Assembly (NCBI GenBank): GCA_043228905.1 | Contig: JBHGNT010000016.1 | Location: 15,500,001 to 15,564,000, forward strand | From: Azolla caroliniana | Lineage: Eukaryota; Plantae; Polypodiophyta | DNA: 64,000 nucleotides | Direction of reading: 5' to 3' | Part shown: piece by piece, positions 1 through 10,650 of the stretch | Numbering within the stretch: the first letter of the stretch is position 1 | Layout of the letters: every line of letters starts with the position of its first letter | Position numbers and translations under genes: made by a program | The notes under the pieces: generated by a model | The model's input: the letters and a program-made list of their open reading frames with translations, nothing else | Databases searched by the model: none | Told to the model about the DNA's origin: nothing

Positions 1-100
1 CGAATCGATTAATAGTTGGTTTTTCGGTTTTCAATTTCATTGATTCCATCTGATTTGGTTGATTCTCTTCTTCCCATCCGAAGGGACTTGTTTCCCAACA
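1..100 (-). mobile_element. 5' end of a Copia-type LTR (partial, runs off window)
   Basis: ttcccatccgaagggacttgtttcccaaca (71-100) matches the LTR terminus ttcccatccggagggacctgtttcctaaca at 7070-7099. Confidence 0.7.
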
Positions 101-862
101 TTTGACATGTAGCGGTTGGTGACCCCTACAACATATGCAAGGTCTGGTTAGGTTGTCACCACGGGACTCCCTACGACCGATGCGTAGGGAATTCGGTTCA
201 TGAGCGTTTTCTACTCCTTTGTGGACAGAGAGTCTATGTCCGATAGTCGATGCTACGTTGGGGACAATGTTGGTACCGGCTTCACATGCTCCATGTTGAA
301 GCGCTTCAACAACTTCCGAATATCTATCGGATTAGGAGAGCCATAGGATCTTCTTCATCTAATTTCACTCAATCCACATGCCCAATATATGGAGGGCTTC
401 TCCAAGTTACATCATTTAGAATTTCTCAGGAAGACTTCCCTTTAGGCTTTCCGATCTCTACACCTTCCGAATATCTATCGGATTGGGAGAGCTAGAGGAT
501 CTTTGTCTGATTTCACTCAATCCAATCCACATGCCCAATATATGTCGGGCTTCTCCAAGTTCCTTCATTCAGAATTTCTCATGAAGAATTTGCTTTAGCT
601 TTCCAATATCTGCTTTATCGTTGCCGGCTATAAGCATGTCATCGACTTAAGGGATCATGTAGATCCGGGACTCGTCCGCCAATTGCCAAATGTAAATGCA
701 TGGATGGACTCGGAGCGGTTGTATCCAAGATGCTAGATGTAGGTATCAAATTTGTGATACCACATTCTTGGTGCTTGCTTGAAGCTGTAAAGGTTCTTCT
801 TTTGCCAACATATGAGGTGACCTTTCTCCCCCATCACCGTAAAGCCTACTGGTTGGGGCATG
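101..862 (-). pseudogene. pol: Decayed Copia (Tork/Tnt1-like) reverse transcriptase fragment
   Basis: Minus-strand reading gives NLYSFKQAPRMWYHKFD, VDDMLIAG, PYASVVGS and PDLAYVVGV with stops and frameshifts; close to the RT at 53899-54540. Confidence 0.85.
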
Positions 863-1352
863 TGTTACTCCCCTCTAGAGGAACACACTCGCGGTTACCA
901 CATCGAGTAATCGGATCAAGGTATTGTGGTAGGACGGAGGGGAAGTGCTTTGGGTTGCCTCTCTAACTCTGCTCTTAGCGGGAACACGAAGTGGATTGAC
1001 CCCACCCCAGGGTCACCGGAGGTATCGTACCCTAAGGTTCCCTTGTGACAGGAACTACACGCTCCGATGAACAACGCTCGGCCACAACCGAGCTTAGAAT
1101 CAAACACAGAAAACGGGAAATAAAAAAACACGACACAAAGGAGAGAAGAGTACACAGGATGTTTAATGTGGAAAACCCTGAGAGGGAAAAACCACGGGAG
1201 TCCACAGACTCCAAACTATCACTATATCACAATGATTACAACAGTGAGCTCACGGAGGCAACGACCTCGTGCTCACGATCTTCGCCACAAGCGGCGGTTA
1301 CAACAGAGGCAACGACCTCTTCCTCTCTCTCTCAACTTACCCCTCGCGGTCC

Positions 1353-1358
<6 letters not shown>

Positions 1359-1397
<39 letters not shown>

Positions 1398-1700
1398 TGT
1401 AACGGCTCTCTCTGCCATTGATGTCGATGCCGTCGCCGTCATCTGCAGCCGCTGTCTGCCGCCGTCGGCTCTCTCTCTCTCTCGCTTCCTCGTCTCTGTG
1501 TAACGGCTCTCTCTGCCGTTGTTGTCGCCGTTTAGTGTCGTCGTCGTCGCCGTCGCCGTCGTCTGCAGCCGCTGCCTGTTGCCGACTGTTGTTGTCGTCG
1601 TCCGACGACTACCGCTGTCTGCGGCCATCGCCGTCTGCTACCGTCTGCAGCCGTCTGCCGTTGTTTGACGACTGCCGCCGTCACCGTTGCCGTTGCAGGG
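1359..1700 (+). repeat. (CT)n microsatellite and GCCGTC-rich repeats in the LINE 5' UTR
   Basis: (CT)n at 1359-1394; tgtgtaacggctctctctgcc occurs twice; gtctgcagccg is repeated. Confidence 0.8.
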
Positions 1701-1879
1701 TGTTTCTTCTCCGTTTTCTCTTGACGTTGTGAAGTGCCATTTTCTTGACGAGTTCGTGGGTGGGTTCTTTTGGTGTGCTCATCGCGTGCTACAAAATGCC
1801 GATGTGATTGCGACATACACACAAACGCGGCTAAGTCTCGAACCCATTTATTTTACCTTTTTTTCTTATTGACGCCACA

Positions 1880-2691
1880 ATGACGTCTAAACGAACTAAG
1901 GAACATAAGGATATACAAGACGAGGCTATAAGTAAGGAGGACTTTTTAGATATGTTTAATCGTTTAACAAAAATAGAGATGGATATGAAAAAATGGGTGA
2001 AAGACACTGAAACCCACAAGAAAAAAGATAGAGAGGAAAAAGACGCCCTCAAGGCCGAAATAGAACAACTTAAAGTGGAAAACACTGACCTTAAAAAACA
2101 ACTTAAGGACATCGAGGTATCTCGAGAAGACGGTGAAATATCCTCTATAGAGGAATAAAGGACGAAATTAAAAAAGTTAAAGAGGAAGTTAATAATAACA
2201 TAGAGTTTGCTAAAACGGGTTGGGTAGATGTGGTTAAAAGAAACATTAAAAAAGAAATAAAAGATGAAAATATTGTTAATACCACCCTTGAAGAAGAGAA
2301 AATGCGTCAGGCCCGACGCTTAAATGTACGTGTCACTGGGCTCAAGGAAGGTGCATCCCCAAATGAGGACACACAAACACTTGGGAAAATGTTAGGGTAC
2401 ACAGAGGCCCTACCTATCACCAAAGCATGGAGGGCCGGGCATGACACAACTAGGAAGAGAGCCTTAGTCCTTCAATTTAAAGACTTAGACTCTAGAATCA
2501 CTTTCTTTAAGAAGAGACCAATCCTTCGAGGAATGGGTGGGAACCCCATCTATCTCGATGAAGACCTCACTAAGATGCAAATTGAGCATTGTAAGAGTTG
2601 TATGCCACGAGTTATGAAAGCTCGTAAAGAAGGCCATCGCGCTTTTTACCGAGACGGGCGAGTGATCATAAATGATCGCACTACTAATTGA
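1880..2691 (+). pseudogene. LINE ORF1 (coiled coil plus RRM/CTD-like), one frameshift near 2156
   Basis: Heptad-rich N-terminus, then RRLNVRVTGLKE ... IYLDEDLTK motifs typical of LINE ORF1p. Confidence 0.85.
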
Positions 2692-2697
2692 TGGCGT

Positions 2698-5600
2698 GTG
2701 GCCCATGTGACAGAAAGTTCACTTAGGATGACCCTATGGAATTGTAACAGCGCACTCTGGGCACACCCCGGCTGCCTAGAGGAGATACTAAAGGTATCTG
2801 ATATACTTTTCTTGGTAGAAACACATCAGAGCCCAAATAGAGGACTCCCACGGGTCGAAGGATTCCATTGGGAGTCCGCTTTTAGACAAACCTCACGTCG
2901 ACACACTACTAGGGGATCTGGAGGTGTCGCGATACTGTTTCGTAGAGAGCTACATAATAGGATAGAAATAATGATGATAGACCCAGAAGCTCGTTTTATG
3001 TGGGTGAAAGTCTCCACAAGCAAAGACCAGGCAGTATTTTTCGCCATTTGTTACTTTCCCCCAAAAGGATCCCGTTATAATATTGGTGGCTTGGCGAGAT
3101 TAGTCGATGAAGGAATTCCACATGGGCCTTCTCCATACGAACCCCTATCGGATGACATAATCTGATATTCTTCCCAAGGAGAAGTATTTCTTGTAGGAGA
3201 CTTCAATGCGAGAACCCAATCCTGGTAAATGTTGATCCTTTAGACATAGGCACCACACGTAGATCAAAGGATCAAGGTGCGGATGCCACGAGATTTGGCC
3301 ATCATCTGCTCGAACTTGGCAGCCGGCACCGAATGGTCATATATAATGGTTTAGCTAAGTGGCCGGCCTCGGAAGAGCTCACATGTTTCCCACATGGAGG
3401 AGGGGAAAGCACAGTTGACTATCTAATAGGGCGCCCTAAAGCTACCCACATGATTAACTCCTTCCGAGTGGCCCCATGCCCTATTGGCGCAGACCATAGT
3501 TTCTTATACTTCGAGCTAAAATTGGATATCTCTAAGGTCACCAAGTCTAGTCAACCATGCCATCACACCACAATACATTTCACACATGAGCTCTCTGACA
3601 TATACTCTCAACATGTTCAGGCCCATCTCCCCTCCCTTGATCCCTCCCTACCGTTAGAAAGCCTTAGTACAAAACTCACACACATCCTTCACTCCGCAGC
3701 AACTAGCAGTTTCCCATATACAAAACACTCAAATCAAGGTAGATTAGGATCAATGCCACAAAATAAATGGTATGACGAGGATTGTAGGGACTTACATAGA
3801 CAACTTACAGTATCGCAACTCAATGGTAGTATTACCTCCATACAAGCTCGCAAAGAAATGTGCAAGATGACACGTCGTAAGAGACGAGTGTGGGAGGCAT
3901 CCCAATATTGGGAACTCTACCATATGCTCATGAGTAGCGATTGCGCCACGGCATGGAAGAGACTACGGGAGCCAAAACCACAAACACCCATCGAAGATCC
4001 CGAAACTTGGCACACATATACATAGAGACTTTACCAAATCCCAAACCAACCACCCATTCCAATGCCTTCCACACCCCGACCTACCACGGGGACACTTTTC
4101 ACGACCTCTAGGGTCGTGAAGGTCATAAAGAAATTACAACATAGGAAGTCTATGGAACACACAGGATTGCGAGCAGAACACATTATATATGTGAGAGAGT
4201 GCCTAGCTCCCTTGCTAACTCTAATCTTCAATCGTGTCCTTGCGGAGGGTTTTCCACCATAGTGGACTATGAATACAGTGGCCCCCATACATAAAGGGGG
4301 GGACCCCATGGACCCAAATACATATAGGACCATTATGATAGGCCATACCCTTGCTAAGTTATATGGTGCAGTAATGGAAGCAGAGCTTAGCGACTATATG
4401 GAGACCCTAAACCTTCGTGCACCTGAACAAGCTGGCTTTAGACGAGCCTTCTCCACTATTGATCATATCTTCACACTTAGATGCCTAATTGACCAAACTA
4501 AGGCTCGCAAGAAGAAATTATATTGTTGTTTTGTGGACTTCCGCAAAGCCTTTGACACAGTCCCTAGAGAGCGGTTGTTTGATAGACTTAAAAGCTTGAG
4601 GATACCAGATGATATGGTATGGGCCATCTACGCAATATATGAACAAGTGTCCGGGTGTGTCCGATGCCCAGGTGGCCTATCTAATCGTTTCACTAGCACT
4701 ATTGGTGTAAAACAAGGTTGCCCCCTATCACCGACGCTTTTTGGGATCTACATTGATGAGATCACATATTTTATTGCTCATGAGGGAGGCACCGGAGTGG
4801 TCCTTGGGGATATGTAGGTTCGTATCTTGCTCTATGCGGATGACATAGTTTTGCTCTCCGAATCCGAACACGACCTACAAAGGCACCTTAATGCCTTAGA
4901 TGACTTTTGTGTACAACGAGGATTGGTAGTGAATCTAGGGAAAACGAAAGTCCTTATCTTCCACACATCGGCCCAAGTTAGAGCTAAGTGTCACCTAACT
5001 ATCTCCCATAGCCCAGTCGAGGTGGTTGGATCATACGTCTATCTCGGAGTCACTTTTAGTGCTCGCTCAGGTAAATTTTTTATGACACAGGCAGCGAAGG
5101 ATAGACTCACGAGAGGACATGCATCCCTCTCACTCCTAGAGAGACAATGCCACCAAGCACACTTTCAAGAGCCACGGACTAAAGGGTGGCTCTTTGACTC
5201 ATTACTGACCCCCTCCCTCATGTATGCATCAGCGGTTTGGGCTCCAGGATTACCGTCTTTCATGTGGACGCAATTAGAGAGACCATTGGTGATGATGCTA
5301 TCACGCCAACTCCGAAGCAAATCGACTGTACCACATGACATTATTAGGGTTGAGTTCACGTTACCCCCAATGTTAGTAGAGGCACTTTTTAAACTTGTAG
5401 TCTTCATTCACAGGATACATAGCCAACCACATGATAGAATATCTCATCCAGCCTTTAAGGCCTCTCAATCATTGTATGAGTCCGGCTATACTAGCTCATG
5501 GTATGGCATGATGGTGAGTTGGCTTCTTGCGAATGGTCTAGACATTAATAACCTACCTCCCCTTAGGTACAACCACACGAGTGATAACACTTTAATCTCT

Positions 5601-6401
5601 CATGAGGACCGCAATAAAGTAATACGCCAAGAAATATGGGAAATTTACACTCAGTGTAAATGGATCACCCCACTAGAGCCACTCCCATCTAAAATGTTGT
5701 ACTATAAGAAACACTTCATGCACTTCTCTAAGTTAGGTTTTATCACGCGGCCAAAATATCTAGATGTATTCTTACCACATGCACTAAGGGTTGCCATTGG
5801 ACAACTTAGAATATCATCTCACCAACTTGAGATTGAGAATGGTCGTACTAGTGGAGTCCCTAGGGAGGAAAGGATATGTAGGTTATGTCACATAGAGATA
5901 GAGGATGAGTACCACTTTACATGCAAGTGTCCAACCTATGCCGAGATAAGGGCAAAATACCAAGACATACTTGGTTCGTCTCCCACCCTCCCCAAACTAT
6001 TAGATACTCTAGATATAAAGAAATTAGGCAAATACATTCTAGAGCTAAAACAACACAAAGAGAATAAGTTACAAAATGTTGACAATAATGTTGCTAATGA
6101 TCACGAACATGTAACAAATGAAGTTTTTCAGGAACAGGAGGAGACAACGAATGCCGACACACTTGCACCACTCGGCCTTTCCATTGATGAGGCAGAAAAC
6201 CAGAGAAGAACCAGACATCCTCGGGTGCCGGGTTTCAAAGCAACTCAACGTGATGTGGAAGCAATATTGAAAATAAGGGAATGTGAGCTACACCGCCTAA
6301 AAGCCATGGCTAGGGCACTCTCTACATTGGAACCACGGGTCACACCCACATCAAGACCCTTTGACCCCCCACTTCTTTTCGAGAGGCTTGGGTGGAAATA
6401 A
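2698..6401 (+). pseudogene. LINE ORF2: AP endonuclease, RT and C-terminal CCHC, with several premature stops
   Basis: WNCN, FLVETH, GDFNART, STVDY; QAGFR, FVDFRKAFD, GVKQGCPLSP, LYADD; LRISSHQLEIENGR...CRLC...EDEYHFTCKC. Confidence 0.93.
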
Positions 6402-6759
6402 AATGAGGCTTAGTGTATAGTCACTTTCGAGTATACTACGTATTGTACACTACTAGAACTCTTTTAGTTTAAGTTCTATTTTTTACTTAATTTTATTTTA
6501 GTTATGATGACTGGATAAATACTCTTTTGTTGTAAACCAATTGTCTCATGGGCCAAATTTGGCCTTAGAAGACGTTAATATATCTTTCTTTCTCTCTCAC
6601 TGTACATTGTTACGTGCTCTCTAGTCTTGCACTAACAAGAATGACAACAACACCTTCTAAGTTTGCCCTAAGTCATATTTATACTAATATGACTTTTCGG
6701 CTATTTACAAATATAGCCCCGATGGACTCTCAGAAAACATATTTACGAATATGTCCCTT

Positions 6760-7012
6760 CATCCGGTGAGCACTTCTCACCGGGCCTTCATCATCCGGCT
6801 CTTGCCGGGTACTCCTCATCCGGTTCTCACCGGGTCTTCCATAGCCGAGTACTCCTCATCCGGTTCACACTGGGTCTTTCATAGCCGGGTACTTGTCATC
6901 CGGTTCTCACCGGGTCTTCCGTTGTTGGGTACTTGTCATCCAGTTCTCACAGGGTCTTCCGTTGCCGGGTACTTGTCATCCGGTTCTCATAGGGGGTCTT
7001 CCGTAGCCGGGT
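6760..7012. repeat. 40-bp tandem repeat (~5-6 copies) in U3 of the Copia solo LTR
   Basis: Unit ~ccgggtacttgtcatccggttctcaccgggtcttccgttg recurring every 40 bp. Confidence 0.85.
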
Positions 7013-8017
7013 AGTCCACATTCAGTTTCGGCCTCGGCCGAGTTTACTCATCAATACTATTCTTCTCACTTCCCATCCGGAGGGACCTGTTTCCTAACAC
7101 CTAGCTCGTCTCCTCCAATGACACTCGGAGACACAAACTATTTTCTAGGACTTGCGCAAGAAAACAAGAATTAATATCCTATGGAATCGACCACAACCAA
7201 TTATTGGCCCGTAATTATGCACAGATAATACACTTTAGAGCATACACTAGTCACACAAGATTACCCCACAAAAAGAATGATCTATTAAGAATACACACAG
7301 TTACAAGTACCGATCGACTGTCGGTATAACTTCTATTCCCTTTGAATGTCCTCACCTCTCTCTACAATCCTTGCCTCCAAAAATACACTCGCAGCTCCCC
7401 ATTTCTCAACACTCAGTACTTATATAGGTCTCCTTGCTTCCTATTTTTGGGAAGCAAGGTGCGTTACAATCATTTCCCATCATTAGTTAGTTTTGGTGTC
7501 CTAGTAACGCCTTATTCTGCTTTGGTTGGCTCCACTTTTCCTGTGCTTAGTGTCTTGTCCCCGTTCACACCTTCCGCCATCCTGCTTATCCAACACCTGG
7601 CACTCTTGTGGGATGGTGCATTGTATGTCGAAGCCACAGAAAATCGACAGAATAGGACTAATCGAAAAAAACATCGCCAAAAATTTGAATCTTTCGAATT
7701 ACTCTTAAAAAATGTGCAAGGTGCTCGATGATTTTGGTGAGTCATATGCTTTGTTGTTGAACTCAGTAGTTTGTTGTGTTTGTAGTTGGCCCTCGACCGG
7801 CGGTCGATCTTTTGTTGTCGCCGCTGGTTTATACTCCGCAAGCAATTGTTTTGGTTCCGTGGGCTCTGGCTCCCCCTATTGTTCACTATCTGTGTTTTGG
7901 CCTTTGCTCCATCGTGGCTTCCTTTTCCTCACAACCGTCGACTTGCTCTTCTGCCACTTTGATGGGTGCCTCATGCACCACGTCCGCCTCTCGTTCGTCT
8001 TTGGATTCGCCGGTTTC

Positions 8018-10650
8018 TGTCACAGACATGACAACAATTATGTCAATTATTCCAACTCTTGACCTCTTGTATTATAGTCAAGTGCTATATTGTAACCAAC
8101 ACATCCAAGTACATGGTCGTGTTATGTATATCTTCATAGATTATCTATTCACGTTATAGGAGTTTTTAGAAATTCCTAGAACTAAAGGTTCTAGAATATT
8201 CTCCAAAATATTCTCTAGAATATTCTAATGCATGTATTTCAGCTCATAGTATAAATAATTGTAACGTCCTTGGTCCCTTTCAAGGGATTCGATGCCAGTC
8301 ATTGACACATCAATCTAGTATTCTCGTTTGGCCCCATCTTGTCTCCTTGATCTTCATCTCAATAGCCCCATCATTTGTGCTTCATTCGAGTCCGCATTTG
8401 GTGTGTTCGTGTTAGTTTGAATCCCTTCCAACTGGAAGCACCACCCGTCTCCGTCATCGCCTTTACTTCTAAAGTTACCATCATCACCGTCCTTGCTTCC
8501 GGAGTTACCATCATCAACATCGTTGTCTTCGACATCATCATTTTCAGCACCTCTTCGCCCAACCATTGTCATCATCAACACTACTTATCATCATTTTTAG
8601 GTATCATTTTGCATCACAGTTTTGGTGAGGACTGCGTTCGATTGCTCACCTTCCCAGTTCCGGTGGGGGTCACAAATGCTCACTTTCCTGGTGGGTATTG
8701 GATCATTGCTCACTTACACTGCACTGCATTTTCGTTATAGTTCAAGTCTCGCGCCACATTCTATTGGCGAGGACCGATTTTGATCGCTCACCTTCTAGTT
8801 TCGGTGGGGGTCAAAACCACTCACTTTCCTGGTGGGGATCATGTGGGTTTATCGCCAGCACTACTGTTTGTGCCGTGTCTTGGGTCAACCTCGACTATTT
8901 AGCCTATCATAATAGAAGAAATTGATTCGACTGCTTCACTTGCATTCCTTCGCCCATTGCTGTTCCAGTTCTCGATGAGGGCCGCATGGGCGTGAGGTTC
9001 ATGTTCAGTTCTCGCTAAGGGCCACATGGTTGCTCACGCCCGTACATGTTCAGTCCTTGGTGACGGCCTCATGGTCGCTCACGTCTGTTCGTGTTCAGTT
9101 CTCGGTGACGGCCTCATGGTCGCTCATGTCTGTTCGTGTTCCAGTTCTCGGTGATGGCCACATGGTCGCTCACATCCATCCGTGTTCCAATTCTTGGTGA
9201 GGGCCGCATGGTCGCTCACGCCTGTTCGTGTTTTCGATGAGGACTGCACATGGTCACTCACATTCCAGTTCCCTATGAGGGCCACACATGGTCGCTCACT
9301 CCCATTCCTGTTCCAGTCTCCGATGAGGACCGCACATGGTCACTCACTCCAGCTATTGTTCGTGTTCCACATCCCGGCGAGGACCGACATGGTCACTCAT
9401 GCCCGCAACCTAATGTTTATGTTCCAGTTCCTGGTGAGGACCACACATGGTCGTTCACGCCCGTTGGTGTTCGTGCTCCCTGTGAGGACCGCACATGGTC
9501 ATTCACGCCCGTTGGTATTCACGTTCCAATCTCCGGTGAGGACCGCACATAGTCGCTCACTCCAGCTATTGTTCGTGTTCCAGATCCTAACGAGGACCGA
9601 CATGGTCGCTCATGCCTAGTGTTGTTCATGTTCCAGTTCCCGGTGAGGACCACACATGGACGCTCACGCCCGTTGGTATTCATGTTCCAACTCTTGGAGA
9701 GGACCAACATGGTCTCTCATGCCCGTTGGTGTTCGTGTTCCCCGTGAGGACCCCACATGGTCACTCACACCCATTGGTATTCGTGTTCCAGTTCCTGACG
9801 AGGACCGCACATGGTCGGTCACACCCGTTCGTGTTCCAGTTCTAGTTCTCGGTGAGGACCGCATGGACACTCACATCCGTTCGTGTTCGTGTTCCTGGTG
9901 AGGGCCGTAGATGGTCGCTCATGCTCGTGGGTATCCCAATTCCCGAAGAGGGCCACACATGGTTGCTCATGCCTGTTGGTATTCGTGTTCTAAATCTAGT
10001 TCCCGATGAGGATTGGACATGGTCTCTCACGCCCGTTCGTGTTCAAGTTCCCGTTCCTGGTGAGGACTGAATGGTCACACACTCCGGTTGGTGTTCCAAT
10101 TCTCGGTGAGGGCCGCATGGTCCCTCATGCCCATTCCTATTCCAGCTCCCAATGAGGGCCAAACATGGTCACTCATGCTCGTCAGTGCTCCACTTCCTGC
10201 CTACCCCTACATCACGCCTTCGAAAATGTGGTCATAAAGGGGAGGATAATGTCACAGACATGACAACAATTATGTCAAGATTCGAACTCTTGACGTCTTG
10301 TATTATAATCAAGTGCTATATTGTAACCAACACATCCAAGTACATGGGTGTTATGTATATCTTCATAGATGATCTATTCACATTCTAGGAGTTTTTAGAA
10401 AGTTCTAGAACTGGAAGGAATTCCTCGTTTTTGTGTGATCGAATATTTTAGAGAATATTCTAATCCATGTACTTCAGCTCACAGTATAAATACTTGTAAC
10501 CTCCTTGGTCCCTTTCATGGGGATTCAACGCTAGTCATTGACACATCAATCCAGTATTCTCGTTTCACCCCATCTTGTCTCCTTCATCTTAATCTTAGTA
10601 GCCCCATCATTTGTGCTTTGTTCGAGTCCGCGTTTGGTGTGTCCGTGATA
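8018..10650 (+). mobile_element. Non-autonomous LTR retroelement (TRIM/LARD-like, Tcn1-type cis signals)
   Basis: LTRs 8018-8414 and 10250-10650 both start tgtcacagacatgacaacaattatgtc; exact TSD GTTTC (8013-17, 10651-55); PPT aaaggggaggataa 10236-49; no gag/pol motifs seen. Confidence 0.92.
8960..10190 (+). repeat. Minisatellite array, ~25 units of mostly 45-54 bp
   Basis: Consensus ~gttccagttcccggtgaggaccgcacatggtcgctcacgcccgttggtattcgt. Confidence 0.92.

Larger units (their letters stand above)
1334..6590 (+). mobile_element. Near full-length LINE (RTE/RTEX-like, two ORFs), inactivated
   Basis: 5' UTR, ORF1, APE-RT-Zn finger ORF2 and a 3' UTR ending in a TTTC/TC tail; TCTCTCTC at both junctions (1326-33, 6591-98). 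Confidence 0.9.
1046..7099 (-). mobile_element. Copia solo LTR (~790 bp net) interrupted by a LINE
   Basis: TG..CA ends; flanks CCTTG (1041-45) / CCTAG (7100-04) form a 5-bp TSD with one mismatch; both halves are colinear with the LTR at 49836-50417 (e.g. ctcccgtggtttttccct, agtataaatatgacttaggg). Confidence 0.85.
863..7673 (-). mobile_element. 3' LTR (~750 bp net, in two pieces 863-1045 and 7100-7673) of a non-chromoviral Gypsy-like element, split by a Copia solo LTR
   Basis: On the minus strand it begins TGTT (7673) and ends AACA (863); TATA-like tatatag at ~7420; interrupts the Copia RT at 862. Confidence 0.6.

Noticed and set aside
8960-10190. CRISPR-like array
   Set aside because: Units are head-to-tail variants with no unique spacers; no cas genes; eukaryotic retroelement context
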